Of a stretch of DNA of 64,000 nucleotides, positions 13,701 through 26,975 are shown piece after piece. Origin of the DNA: Macrostomum lignano (lineage: Eukaryota); the NCBI GenBank assembly GCA_002269645.1, contig NIVC01000608.1, positions 124,001 through 188,000 of the forward strand, in the 5' to 3' direction. A model generated the notes under the pieces. It had not been told where the DNA came from. It did not search any database and saw only the letters and a list, made by a program, of their open reading frames with translations. The stretch's first letter is position 1. Each line of letters opens with the position of its first letter. The translations under genes were made by a program, and so were the position numbers.

Positions 13701-16700
13701 TTGGCGAGGAGAATGTACTTGTCAGCTGTTGAGTTATGGTAAAGTAGCTCATGGGCAGAGTAGCTCACTGGTATGGGACAGAGTAGCCCAGCAGTAGGGG
13801 GCAAAGCAGCTCAGCAGTACAGGGCAGAGTAGCTCAGCATTAGAGGGGGGCAGAGTAGCTCAGCGATAGAGGGGGGCAGAGTAGCTCAGCGGTAAGAGGG
13901 GGCAGAGTAGCTCAGCGGTAGGGGAGGGGGCAGAGTAGCTCAGCGCTAGAAGGCAGAGTAGCTCAGCGCTAGAAGGCAGAGTAGCTCAGCGCTAGAAGGC
14001 CGAGTAGCTCAGCGGTAGAAGGCAGAGTAGCTCAGCGCTAGAAGGCAGAGTAGCTCAGCGCTAGAAGGCAGAGTAGCTCAGCGCTAGAAGGCAGAGTAGC
14101 TCAGTGCTAGAGGAGGGCAGAGTAGCTCAGCGCTAGAGGGCAGAGTAGCTCAGCGCTAGAGGGCAGAGTAGCTCAGCGCTAGAAGGCAGAGTAGCTCAGC
14201 GCTAGAGGGCAGAGTAGCTCAGCGCTAGAGGGCAGAGTAGCTCAGCGCTAGAAGGCAGAGTAGCTCAGTGCTAGAGGAGGGCAGAGTAGCTCAGTGCTAG
14301 AGGAGGGCAGAGTAGCTCAGCGCTAGAGGGCAGAGTAGCTCAGCGCTAGAGGGCAGAGTAGCTCAGCGGTAGAAGGCAGAGTAGCTCAGCGCTAGAAGGC
14401 AGAGTAGCTCAGCGCTAGAAGGCAGAGTAGCTCAGCGCTAGAAGGCAGAGTAGCTCAGCGCTAGAAGGCAGAGTAGCTCAGCGGTAGGGGGGGGTCAGAG
14501 TAGCTCAGCGGTAGGGGACATAGTGAATCTTCCGCCAAAATCCTTGTGAGTTTGATTCCTTGCCCGGCTACATTAATTTGTGGCTCGTGCACGAAAATTG
14601 GCCTGTTGACAGCCGTTGGCCCACGAGGGCCCCTCTGCGAACTGCGTCTACGAGTACTTGTATTGTTGGCTTTCGGTAGGTACCTACCATAGTTTGAAAA
14701 TATACTACGATTGATTCCCGGCCACCTCTTCTCAAATAGATCCTAACGAGCGTAACTTCTCAATTTGAGGATAAATTCTCTGTCGTTTGGTATTGCCGCT
14801 AGTAGCTGAACTGCTGAAGTCCAAGTACGAATAGTCCTGAATAAACTTTAATTTGCCAGCTACTAGTTGTAATGTGTATTGTCGTCCTCATGCATTGGAA
14901 CTGAAATGCCTGATTTGAATTATCGCCCTTAGGTTCGTGTTGGCATCACCTCCCATGCGTTTGACTCCCCTTCATCTCTCATTGCACTCCCCTCATCTCT
15001 CATTGCACTCCCCTTCTTCTCCCATTGCACTCCCTTTCATCTCTCATTGCACTCCCTTCATCTCCCATTGCACTCCCTTCATCTCTCATTGCACTCCCTT
15101 CATCTCTCATTGCACTCCCCTTCTTCTCCCATTGCACTCCCTTTCATCTCTCATTGCACTCCCTTCATCTCCCATTGCACTCCCTTCATCTCTCATTGCA
15201 CTCCCTTCATCTCTCATTGCACTCCCCTTCTTCTCCCATTGCACTCCCTTTCATCTCTCATTGCACTCCCTTCATCTCCCATTGCACTCCCTTTCATCTC
15301 TCATTGCACTCCCTTCATCTCCCATTGCATTCCCCTTCATCTCCCATTGCACTCCCCTTCATCTCCCATTGCACTCCCCTTCATCTCCCATTGCACTCCC
15401 CTTCATCTCCCATTGCACTCCCCTTCATCACCCATTGCATTCCCCTTCATCTCCCGTTTGACCCCCTTCATCTCCCGTTTGACTCCCCTTCATCTCCCGT
15501 TTGACTCCCCTTCATCTCCCGTTTGACTCCTCTTCATCTCCCATTGCACCTTCCTCATCTATTTAGTACTATTTAGTATTTCTTTCACCTTTTTCTTTTT
15601 TCTTGTAAACACTCTGCTTATAGAATTCAAGTTTCTAACTCAAGCCCTAGTAATACTATCATTTCTAGTTTGAGAATTTTTCTAGCTGATTTCGCTCTTT
15701 GAGAATTAGTTAAACTATACTATAACAAATAAGATGACATAAGCTTCAGGCCTATACACAGTTTCACTAGCATTATTAAGCTGCTCCTGTAAGTCAAAAT
15801 GTTATTCAAGCCCCACGTTTACTTGATTACTAGGTTAAAAGCTGACTCTATTGATTTCTTGTTGTCGGGCTCTGCATTGCTTGTTTGAATGCCCTTTGTG
15901 TGTGTCTTGTTTTTTAGGATGGCGCGGGAGGCTGAGCGCATCTTGTTTCCTTCCTTTGGAGCGAATCATTGTGCGTGACTTGCATGCACGCGCACTCTTT
16001 CAACAACTCCCAATTTTGTCTCTTCTTTGCTCGCCTCACACCCGGAGGGTTTCAGTTTTATTTTCGCCAGCTCCTGTTTCCACGCAGCATCTTTGCCTGT
16101 GCCCTTCCTTGGCTTGGGGAGGGTTTAGTCTTAACGACTCGCCTGTCCCTGTGTTTGTTTTTCTCTTTGTGCGAAATTATCTGATGCACTATGCGATTCT
16201 ATAGGTCATGGGGTAGGCGCAACATAGTATTGGTCTAGAATTGAGAAGGATTGAGATTCGAAGGAGCGAAGAAGAGAAGCTTCTTCATCTCCATTAATAA
16301 TGTAATCAAGATTTAGTTAATAGGGATTAGTAGGATTAGGGAGCATTGGATTTGGGATTAGTAGGATTGGAGAGCATTATATTAGGGATTAGTATGATTG
16401 GGGAGCATTAGATTAGGGATTAGTATAATTTGGGAGCATTAGATTAGGGATTAGTATAATTTGGGAGCATTAGATTAGGGATTAGTAGGATTGGGGAGCA
16501 TTAGATTAGGGATTAGTATAATTTGGGAGCATTAGATTAGGGATTAGTAGGATTAGGGAGCATTTGATTTGGGATTAGTAGGATTGGGGAGCATTGGATT
16601 TGGGATTAGTAGGATTGGGGAGCATTAGATTAGGGATTAGTATAATTTGGGAGCATTAGATTAGGGATTAGTAGGATTAGGGAGCATTTGATTAGGGATT

Positions 16701-19700
16701 AGTAGGATTAGGGAGCATTTGATTTGGGATTAGTAGGATTGGGGAGCATTGGATTTGGGATTAGTAGGATTGGGGAACATTAGATTAGGGCTTAGTAGTA
16801 TTGGGGAGCATTAGATTAGGGATTAGTATAATTTGGGAGCATTAGATTAGGGATTAGTAGGATTGGGGAGCATTAGATTAGGGATTAGTATAATTTGGGA
16901 GCATTAGATTAGGGATTAGTAGGATTAGGGAGCATTTGATTTGGGATTAGTAGGATTGGGGAGCATTGGATTTGGGATTAGTAGGATTGGGGAACATTAG
17001 ATTAGGGCTTAGTAGTATTGGAGAGCATTATATTAGGGATTAGTAGGATTAAGGAGCATTAGATTTAGGATTAGTAGGATTGGGGAGCATTAGATTAGGG
17101 ATTAGTAGGTTTGGGGAACATTAAGATTAGGGATTAGTAGGATTAGGGAGCATTGGATTAGGGATTAGTAGGATTGGGGAACATTAGATTTGGGATTAGT
17201 AGGATTGGGGAACATTAGATTAGGGATTAGTAGGATTGGGGAACATTAGATTTGGGATTAGTAGGATTAGGGAGCATTGGATTTGGGATTAGTAGGATTG
17301 TCGAGCATTAGATTAGGGATTATTAAGAATGTGCGTAATTAGATTTAAGATTAGTAGGAATGTCCCTCATTGGATTTAGGATTAGTAGGAATGTCCTTCA
17401 TTGGATTTAGGATTAGTTGGAATGTCCCTCATTGGATTTAGGATTAGTAGGAATGTCCTTCATTGGATTTAGGATTAGTTGGAGTAAATAAATGTAAAAT
17501 TTGGTGTAGTAAAATTGATACCCACCCCTTCAACATTCAGACTCGTGCTCAGAGGACGGCGAAATCACGATGGGCACGGACTCTAGAGAGGTGGAACAGC
17601 TGATCGCTCAGATTGATCAGAAACTATCGGACATGAAGAACTTTAGCGCGACTCTCAATCACAACGGCGAGACTCTGATTCACCTGCTAGCCGAGTTCGA
17701 GGCCAAGCGATGCGAGGCCGCCGCCGCTTTACCGGTTTCGTCCGCCGAGGACACTCTAGTCAAGTCGCTGAAGGAGAGGACCACTATGCATAAAATTATG
17801 CTTAACGCTATGCTCAACGTAAGCTGCATTTATTCTCTTTTCGTGATTCAATTACTTGGGTGCATCTTTTAAGTTCCTTATAATAGAATCGAAGATGCTT
17901 CTTAGCTTTCAACTCCCAATTTCTAGGGTCGCAATTTTATTAAATTAATTATGTAATCAACATCCAAATCTATTTAGCAGATTCCTAGAATCACTAGAAA
18001 CTAGGATTAAAATCTGAAATTTGAAATCCCAGATTTCCAACCCCGATTCCCCATCTCTGAGATCCCAGATTTCCAACCCCGATTCCCCATCTCTGAGATC
18101 CCAGATTTCCAACCCCGATTCCCCATCTCTGAGATCCCAGATTTCCAATCCCGATTCCCCATCTCTGAGATCCCAGATTTCCAATCCCGATTCCCCATCT
18201 CTGAGATCCCAGATTTCCAATCCTGATTTCCCATCTCTGAGATCCCAGATTTCCAATCCCGATTCCCCATCTCTGAGATCCCAGATTTCCAATCCCGATT
18301 CCCCATCTCTTGAAATTCCAGATTTCCAATCCCGATTCCCCATCTCTGAGATCCCAGATTTCCAATCCCGATTCCCCATCTCTTGAAATTCCAGATTTCC
18401 AATCCCGATTCCTCATCTCTGAGATCCCAGATTTCCAATCCCGATTCCCCATCTCTGAAATCCCATATTTCCAATCCCGATTCCCCATCTCTTGAAATCC
18501 CAGATTTCCAATCCCGATTCCCCATCTCTGAAATCCCATATTTCCAATCCCGATTCCCTATCTCTTGAAATCCCAGATTTCCAATCCCGATTCCCCATCT
18601 CTGAGATCCCAGATTTCCAATCCCGATTCCCCATCTCTGAGATCCCAGATTTCCAATCCCGATTCCCCATCTCTGAGATCCCAGATTTCCAATCCCGATT
18701 CCCCATCTCTGAAATCCCAGATTTTCAATCCCGATTCCCCATCTCTGAGATCCCAGATTTCCAATCCCGATTCCCCATCTCTGAGATACCAGATTTTCAA
18801 TCCCGATTCCCCATCTCTGAGATCCCAGATTTTCAATCCCGATTCCCCATCTCTGAGATCCCAGATTTCCAATCCCGATTCCCCATCTCTGAGATCCCAG
18901 ATTTCCAATCCCGATTCCCCATCTCTGAAATCCCAGATTTCCAATCCCGATTCCCCATCTCTGAGATCCCAGATTTCCAATCCCGATTCCCCATCTCTGA
19001 GATCCCAGATTTCCAATCCCGATTCCCCATCTCTGAGATCCCAGATTTCCAATCCCGAATCCCCATCTCTGAGATCCCAGATTTCCAATCCCGTTCCTCC
19101 TTCTCAGATCTTGGATCAAAATCTGAAATTCTAATGAGTCTAAGAAAGCCACAACAGTCTGCTTCAGGATTTGCCCTTGAAAAAAGCATTCTATTGCTGT
19201 CGAGTCGCTTCTGCCATGCACCTGTCTGAACTCAAATTCAGCCTATGCCATCTGGTTGGAGTTTTTTCTTCGTCTGTTTGTCCGCCTCTCTTCTTCTGAG
19301 CGACCCTGGATGGCGAGTCTGTACGGCCGGTGCTTTGAGTTGCCTTACTCAAGAGAGAGATAAAGAATTTTTTAGCTTGCGGGTCTTCAGCCACGAGTAT
19401 TAAGCATAATTATAGCTTGCTAATTTATGCTAACTGACTAGAGTACCTTTTCCATATTCGATCGGCCTTGATACACTAAGCAAGCCATCATCCAGTATAT
19501 CAAATTGAATTCTTTGTGCGAGCCGAGCCGAGTCTCCGTTCCCCAGGCAGCCACCGAAATTTCTCCCATCTCGTCCCCCATCCCCAACGCTGACTCTCGA
19601 CTGCATTGAACTGGCGGTTTTTCCTCTCTGCGGACCCAAAAAGCTTCGGCTACTGCTACTGCTGGCTAGATGGCAGGATGGAGGGTTGCGGGTGTAAGGA

Positions 19701-22700
19701 AGGGGGTTGGGGCTCTCTCTCTCTCTCTCTCTCTCGCTTTGCATTGGCGCGCGCACATCCAGGCGTTGCTTCGCAGGCAGGGACTGACCGAGGGAGAAGG
19801 GAAGATAAAAATAAATGGCATCGAACTCCTCCTGTAAGAGCTGCGTTGCGAATCCTCCTTTCCCCTCTCATCCTCTCCGTCTTCCTCTTGACTCGGTCGT
19901 GCCGCTCCCACTCGCTGCCCTGAAGCTTTAATGCTATTGAGCGTATAAAGTGGTTTAGTTAGAAGTTACAGTTTCTCTGGTTTTACACCCCGAGGACTTT
20001 TTTCGCCCTTAAAATTTGCAGTCCTGCCGAGACGTTGGCGAGTTTCTGTCTAACGAAGGTCGGCGCTGGAAACGACTGCTAGATTATGAGCGCGGCCAGC
20101 GGCGCCGGCTGCAGGACATGGTTGAACAGCTAGCCAAGCAGCACAGCTCGTTGGAGAAGAAAATCATTCAGGAGGGCTCCTGTGGCGCTCATCCGGGCTT
20201 TGTTGAATCCGCTAAGCAGCAGCAGCACCGGGGTGAGGATTTTCAAAAGTTTTGTGGGGTGACGCTTTCACTGCTTGATGCGGTGAGTGTCATCGGTCTA
20301 GTTTACTTCTAGGATAGTGTCATTACGGATGGTGTCATTTGAGATGCTGTCATTGAGGATGATGTCATTGGGGATGGTGTCATTGTGGATAGTGTCATTG
20401 GGGATGGTGTCATTGGGGATGGTGTCATTGTGGATAGTGTCATTGGGGATGGTGTCATTGGGGATGGTGTCATTGTGGATAGTGTCATTGGGGATGGTGT
20501 CATTACGGATGGTGTCATTGTGGATGGTGTCATTGTGGATGGTGTCATTGTGGATGGTGTCATTGTGGATGGTGTCATTGTGGATGGTGTCATTGGGGAT
20601 GGTGTCATTGGGGATGGTGTCATTGGGGATGGTGTCATTGTGGGTAGTGTCATTGGGGATGGTGTCATTACGGATGGTGTCATTGTGGATGGTGTCATTG
20701 TGGATGGTGTCATTGGGGATGGTGTCATTGTGGATGGTGTCATTGTGGATGGTGTCATTGTGGATGGTGTCATTGTGGATAGTGTCATTGTGGATAGTGT
20801 CATTGTGGATGGTGTCATTGGGGATGGTGTCATTGGGGATGGTGTCATTGTGGATGGTGTCATTGTGGATGGTGTCATTGTGGATGGTGTCATTTGAGAT
20901 GGTGTCATTGGAGATGGTGTCATTGGAGATGGTGTCATTGGGGATGGTGTCATTGGAGATGGTGTCATTGGAGATGGTGTCATTGGGGATGGTGTCATTG
21001 GGGATGGTGTCATTGGGGATGGTGTCATTGGAGATGGTGTCATTGGAGATGGTGTCATTGGGGATGGTGTCATTGGGGATGGTGTCATTGTGGATGGTGT
21101 CATTGTGGATGGTGTCATTGTGGATGGTGTCATTGTGGATGGTGTCATTGGGGATGGTGTCATTGGGGATGGTGTCATTGGAGATGGTGTCACTGGGGAT
21201 GGTGCCATTGCCAGTCCCAGCAGCAAATCCCAATCTCCCTAACCAGAGCTAATAGCCCAAACTAAAAGCCACCCAAATGTCCCCCTAGCAGCTACTTCGG
21301 CATCGTCAGCCGGTGCTGCCGACGAACCCGGTGCCTCGAAGGCGAGCCAGCAGCCAGCTGAAGACGAGGACAACAGCGAGGACGAATTTCACGACGCCAA
21401 CGAGATGCTGGAACTGGAAGGTGGTGCCGGCGTCGATTCAGCCGCTGTAGTGAATTCCCAGAAGCAGCAGAAGCAAGAGCAGCAGCAGATTATCAAGATC
21501 AGCCTGCCAACCAACCGAACGCCCAGCCCGGCCGTAGTGCACAAAACCGACAGTTTCGCTGACGAATACGAAAGCGACTGCGAATACTCGGACAGGGAGG
21601 CCCCGGGAGACAGTTGCGAATACAATGTCATCATGACTAAGCTGACTAGGCACGCGTCCTCCGGCTCGTCGGCTGGCCAGCCCAAGCTTCGCCAGCATCA
21701 GAGGCCGCTGTCTAGGCCGAGCTCGAGTGTCGGCTTCTCTCAACAACATCCTTCATCATCATCCTCAGCTTCCTTAACTGGCGGCGGTGTCGTTCGGCGC
21801 ACGCGTCGATCAACTGTACCGGAGCGACCGAATTACAGTTTGAACCTGTGGAGCATTATGAAGAATTGCATTGGCCGAGAGTTAACTAAGATACCTATGC
21901 CGGTGAATTTTAGCGAACCGTTGAGCATGCTGCAGCGCATCACAGAGGAGCTGGAGTACTCGCATTGTTTGGATAAAGCGGCCCGAGCATCGGACCAATG
22001 GGAGCAGCTGGCGTATGTTGCCGCCTATACTATTAGTTCGTATTCGACTACGGCTGCGCGAACGGCTAAACCGTTTAATCCTCTGCTTGGGGAGACGTTC
22101 GAATTCGATCGGACTGAGGATCTGGGCTGGCGATCCTTTGCCGAGCAGGTAGGACTGCAGCAGGGTTGGTCTGAGCAGGTAGGACTGCAGCAGGGTTGGT
22201 CTGAGCAGGTAGGACTGCAGCAGGGTTGGTATGAGCAGGTAGGACTGCAGCAGGGTTGGTATGAGCAGGTAGGACTGCAGCAGGGTTGGTATGAGCAGGT
22301 AGGACTGCAGCAGGGTTGGTCTGAGCAGGCAGAACCGAAGGATTAGCGGCGTTCGATAAGCACTTGACGGATCAGGATTTACGCCAAGGTACTAATTACC
22401 AATCCAGGTAAGCCATCACCCGCCAGCTGCCGCGTTCCACGTCGAGAGCAAAGCGGGCTGGATCGCCTACCAAGAGTTCGGCATGTCCAGCAAGTTTCGC
22501 GGCAAATTCCTGTCAGTCATACCGCATGGCATCGCTCACCTGGTGTTCGCCGAGTCCGGGCATCACTACACCTGGCGTAAAGTGACCTCAACTGTGCACA
22601 ATATCATTGTTGGCAAATTGTGGATTGATAATCACGGCGAGATGGATATTGTTAATCACACTACTGGCGACGTCTGCAGACTTACTTACAAACCTTATTC

Positions 22701-25606
22701 CTATTTCTCTCGGGAGACGCCGCGCAAAGTGACTGGAGTTATTACGGATAGGCAGGGGGTGACCAGGTGAGGTTGTTATTTGGGATGCCAAATCAATGCT
22801 AGTAAATGCAATACGAGGATGTTATAAAATAGACACAATGTATTTTATTTTTAGCAGCAGGTTTCTGGCAGTGCTAAAACAGAGTGCAATGTCTTGGAGT
22901 AAAGGGAGCTACAGAAAGAAGGATGAGAGTGAGACAACGGGAGAGGAGGCTAAAGCAGTGATAAAGAATAATAAGACAATATGGAGGCTGTGCCATTGAG
23001 TAAGGAAGATGAGGCGCTCGAAAAAGAGATTGACACTTGGAGTATATGATAAGACAATGAGAATAGATAGGTGTGAGAACCAAAATAGATAGGTAAGACA
23101 GTGAGAATAGATAGGTGAGACAGTGAGAATAGATACGTAAGACTGAGGATAGATAAGTGAGAGAGTGAGAATAGATAGGTGAGACAGTGAGAATAGATAG
23201 GTGAGACAGTGAGAATAGATAGGTGAGACAGTGAGAATAAATAGGTCAGACAGTGAGAATAGATTAGTGAGAAACTGAAAATGGATAGATGAGTGAGACA
23301 GTGAGCATAGATAGGTAAAACAGTGAGAATAGACAGGTGATACATTGAGAGTAGATAGGTACGACAGTGGGAATAGATTGGTGAGACAGTGGGAATGGAT
23401 GTAATAGATAGTGAGAGTAGATAGACAGGTAAGCAATATGGCAGCCACACAAGGCATCAGTAAACACTGGCAGCCCATCACACCGCACTCGCAGGTACGT
23501 GCTAACGGGCACCTGGGACGAGATGATCGAAGGAGCCCGCGTGTGCCGCGTTGACGACACCAACCAGGCCAAGCCGGTGATGGAGACCCGCCAGGCCAGC
23601 GTTCTGTGGCGCCGGAATCCCAACCTACCCAACGCAGACAAGATGTACAATTTCACTAAATTCGCCATCGAAATGAACGAGCCAGAGGACGGCGTTGCGC
23701 CAACAGATTCGCGACTTCGGCCAGATCAGCGCCTGATGGAGGACGGCCGCTGGGACGAGGCTAATAAAGAGAAACTCCGGCTTGAGGAGAAACAGCGGGC
23801 TAAGAGGCGGCAACGCGAGGTCACAGTGGCGGCAGCAGCCGACGCGGACTCAACAGTCGCAGCTGGAGGATCGACGGGAGCAGCTGCCGGTCAGCTGGGT
23901 GAGTAGAGGAGCGTTGTACATGCGCTTAGGGCTTGTCTGTTTAATTTGCATTGATCCCGTTCCTGTGTCTTTTGTATTTTCTATATAAATCTGTGAGGCG
24001 CTGCCCCTCTTCGGGGAATTATTGGCGATCTGCTGGCAATGAGGGGTAATTATTGGTGAACTGCTGCCCCTCCTCAGGGGGAATTATTGGTGATCTGCTG
24101 CCCCTCCTCAGGGAGAATTATTGGTGATCTGCTGCCCCTCCTCAGGGAGAATTATTGGTGATCTGCTGCCCCTCCTCAGGGAGAATTATTGGTGATCCGC
24201 TGCCCCTCCTCAGGGGGAATTATTGGTGATCTGCTGCCCCTCCTCAGGGAGAATTATTGGTGATCTGCTGCCCCTCCTCAGGGAGAATTATTGGTGATCC
24301 GCTGCCCCTCCTCAGGGGGGAATTATTGGTGATCTGCTGCCCCTCCTCAGGGGGAATTATTGGTGATCTGCTGCCTCTTCTCAGGGGTATTATTATTGGT
24401 GAGCTGCTTGAAGTCATAGTGTGCCATTCTGTCGTACACCCTTTAGTATTCAATGCGGTTCCAGATGGCCACAAGCGCTGTATGTGCTTTATTAGACTGA
24501 ACGACTTCTGTTCGTTTTCTCGCTGGCAGGATTTGCTCAATTAATTAATTTTCTGCATAGATTTATAATGCTCTATCCATATTGCACATGAAATTACTTT
24601 TCAAACCCCTGATTAACAGATGTACCCATGAAAATGCTTTCAACTTTGTTATCTTTGCGCGTGAAATTCTAAGAAGCAACTCTTGCCTCCGTTATTGACC
24701 TGATAGTAGCTCGAATTTGACATTCTCCTCTGTTTCTCACGGGGTTGCGACTATTGCGATATGTGTCAGCTCACACCGCCTGTGTATAAATTATACCGTT
24801 TATCTGCAAATTGATTTCGGCGCAGACGACGCGCCGTTTTCAGACGCAGCAGTCGCTGCGGCCGCAGTCTCTGGTAACCAGTTTTACCCCTAGTGCCGAC
24901 GCTAGCTAGCCTTAGTAGCAATTTCTGATTATAAATATTTGTTATTTCAGCTGGCAGTTCCAATTATTCTTTAGATACTTTTACTCTTTTACGTTAGCTA
25001 ATACTCGCTATTTAGCATTTAGTATTTAGAGTACATGAGCAGATATATAATGTACTTAAGCAAATTAAATCTAGTAATTAATTATAGCGCTTCATCATCT
25101 GCTTTTTAGCTACTGATTGTAAAAGTTATATAATCTCTGAATAGCTATTTATAGTAATAGCAACATACTTGCGTCATTATAACATGAAATTTAGCTCTTT
25201 TTACTCTTATTTTTAGATCAATTGCTGAAATATATAATTAGTTATTAGTTTATTACATGCTAGTTATTTCACTAACTGACTGACTGACTCACTCATTGAC
25301 TGACTGACTGACTGACTGACTGACTGACTGACTGACTGACTGACTGACTGACTGACTCACTGACTGACTGACTGACTGACTGACTGACTGACTGACTGAC
25401 TGACTGACTGACTGACTGACTCACTGACTCACTCACTCACTGACTCACTCACTGACTCGCTCACTCACTGACTCACTCACTCACTGACTCACTGACTTAA
25501 GTGAGTGGGTGACTGACTCACTGACTCACTGACTGACTGACTGGCTGACTTACTTACTGACTGACTGACTGACTGACTGACTGACTGACTGACTGACTGA
25601 CTGACT

Positions 25607-25642
<36 letters not shown>

Positions 25643-25932
25643 CACTCATTGACTGACTGACTGACTGACTGACTGACTGACTGACTGACTGACTGACTGA
25701 CTGACTGACTGACTGACTGACTGACTGACTGACTGACTTACTCACTGACTCACTGACTGACTCCCAACCCAACCCCCTACTCATCGCAGAGCATGGGGCC
25801 CCAGAGTTCGAGCCGGTGTGGTTCAAGCTGCAGCAGGACGAGATCACTGGCAACAGCATTCACCGCTTCACTGGCGACTATTGGGCATGCAAGGAGCGAG
25901 CGGATTGGTCAAAGTGTCCCGACCTGTACTGA
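10759..25932 (+). CDS. OSBP: Oxysterol-binding protein (PH + coiled-coil + FFAT + ORD), 876 aa, 8 exons
   Basis: Exons 10759-10886, 13490-13695, 17541-17818, 20022-20232, 21247-22148, 22408-22766, 23495-23898, 25790-25932. All introns GT-AG with consistent phases; total 2631 nt. PH domain [39 protein letters not shown]; FFAT-like EDEFHDANE; ORD signature EQ|VSHHPP; [12 protein letters not shown]; C-terminal [15 protein letters not shown]. The exon 4/5 junction is the least certain. Confidence 0.93.
11836..12074. mobile_element. hAT-type MITE in OSBP intron 1
   Basis: Ends CAGGGTTTT..AAACCCAG with a near-perfect 8-bp TSD (TAAGGTTG / TAAAGTTG). Same family as 58695-61562, in the opposite orientation. 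Confidence 0.7.
13753..14515. repeat. ~23-bp minisatellite, OSBP intron 2
   Basis: Unit GGCAGAGTAGCTCAGCGCTAGAA and variants. Confidence 0.95.
14950..15545. repeat. ~22-23-bp pyrimidine-rich minisatellite
   Basis: Unit CCCTTCATCTCCCATTGCACTC; explains the ORFs at 14937-15526. Confidence 0.95.
16320..17480. repeat. ~31-bp G-rich minisatellite
   Basis: Unit GGGATTAGTAGGATTGGGGAGCATTAGATTA. Confidence 0.95.
18020..19095. repeat. 36-bp minisatellite, OSBP intron 3
   Basis: Unit GATCCCAGATTTCCAATCCCGATTCCCCATCTCTGA; explains the repetitive ORFs at 17957-19229. Confidence 0.97.
20310..21210. repeat. 15-bp minisatellite, OSBP intron 4
   Basis: Unit GTCATTG(G/T)GGATGGT. Confidence 0.97.
22143..22328 (+). 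repeat. 30-bp minisatellite containing the OSBP exon-5 splice donor
   Basis: Six copies of GAGCAG|GTAGGACTGCAGCAGGGTTGGT(C/A)T. Confidence 0.95.
22995..23430. repeat. ~22-bp purine-rich minisatellite, OSBP intron 6
   Basis: Unit GTGAGAATAGATAGGTGAGACA. Confidence 0.9.
24000..24410. repeat. ~34-bp minisatellite, OSBP intron 7
   Basis: Unit CTGCTGCCCCTCCTCAGGGAGAATTATTGGTGAT. Confidence 0.92.
25270..25762. repeat. (ACTG)n microsatellite abutting the last OSBP exon
   Basis: Two ACTG/ACTC tracts. Confidence 0.97.
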
Positions 25933-26354
25933 TGCGCTGATCATATGCTAGTTAGCCTACTTATCTTAGTAACACGATTAGTACATGAATTAGTCGTTAG
26001 TTTTACATTGCTTATAAAGACGATTATGTCCATTTTTTAAACCTTATTTTATGGATTATTAATCTCAAATCTGTTGTCTGTTGTGCCTCTTCGGAGCATC
26101 ATTTGCTTGCTCATTGTTTGTCTTCGTGCCAGGCATAAACCGGAGAGGTTGACAGCTCTGTGTTTTTAATCTAGAAACTATTTTAATACTCTTGCGGGTC
26201 TAAACGGACTCTTTTGTTGTTAACTTTTAATTTTGTGTTTGTTTCTCCTAAGATTTGGCATTTCTACTGATTGTAATGTCACAGCTAAAACTACTTGCAA
26301 GTAGGATGACATGGGTTCTTGGTTACAAACTGTGTACGTTAGTGTCAAATTTTT

Positions 26355-26975
26355 CGTCTTGGTTAGACATGTTCGGGTTGTGTCCGAGATTGCAGTCTTG
26401 ACTGCATGTTCGGGTTGTGTCCGAGCTTGCAGTCTTGACTGCATGTTCGGGTTGTGTCCGAGATTGCAGTCTTGGTTGTACATGTTCGGGTCGTGTCCTA
26501 GATTGTAGTCTTGATTGTACATGCTCAAGTCGTGTCCTATATTGTAGTCTTGGTTGTACATGTTCGGGTCGTGTCCTAGATTGTAGTCTTGGTTGTACAT
26601 GTTCGGGTCGTGTCCTAGATTGTAGTCTTGGTTGTACATGTTCGGGTCGTGTCCTAGATTGTAGTCTTGATTGTACATGCTCAAGTCGTGTCCTATATTG
26701 TAGTCTTGGTTGTACATGTTCGGGTCGTGTCCTAGATTGTAGTCTTGGTTGTACATGTTCGGGTTGTGTCCTAGATTGTAGTCTTGGTTGTACATGTTCG
26801 GGTCGTGTCCTAGATTGTAGTCTTGATTGTACATGCTCAAGTCGTGTCCTATATTGTAGTCTTGGTTGTACATGTTCGGGTCGTGTCCTAGATTGTAGTC
26901 TTGGTTGTACATGTTCGGGTTGTGTCCGAGATTGCAATCTTGGTTCTGCATGTTCGAGTTTTGTCCGAAATTGCA
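26355..26975. repeat. 39-bp minisatellite with patterned variants
   Basis: Unit GTTGTACATGTTCGGGTCGTGTCCTAGATTGTAGTCTTG; explains the ORFs at 26220-26995. Confidence 0.95.

Noticed and set aside
20233-20290. Stronger-looking GTGAGT donor at 20283 for OSBP exon 4
   Set aside because: It is phase 0, while every plausible exon-5 acceptor (21246, 21288, 21291) is phase 1. The donor at 20233 fits. It could still be an unproductive alternative site.
22400-23500. CAG|GTAAGC and CAG|GTACGT at the starts of OSBP exons 6 and 7 as recursive splice sites
   Set aside because: The GT bases encode conserved residues (V of VSHHPP; R-Y-V), so protein constraint explains them and the introns are short.
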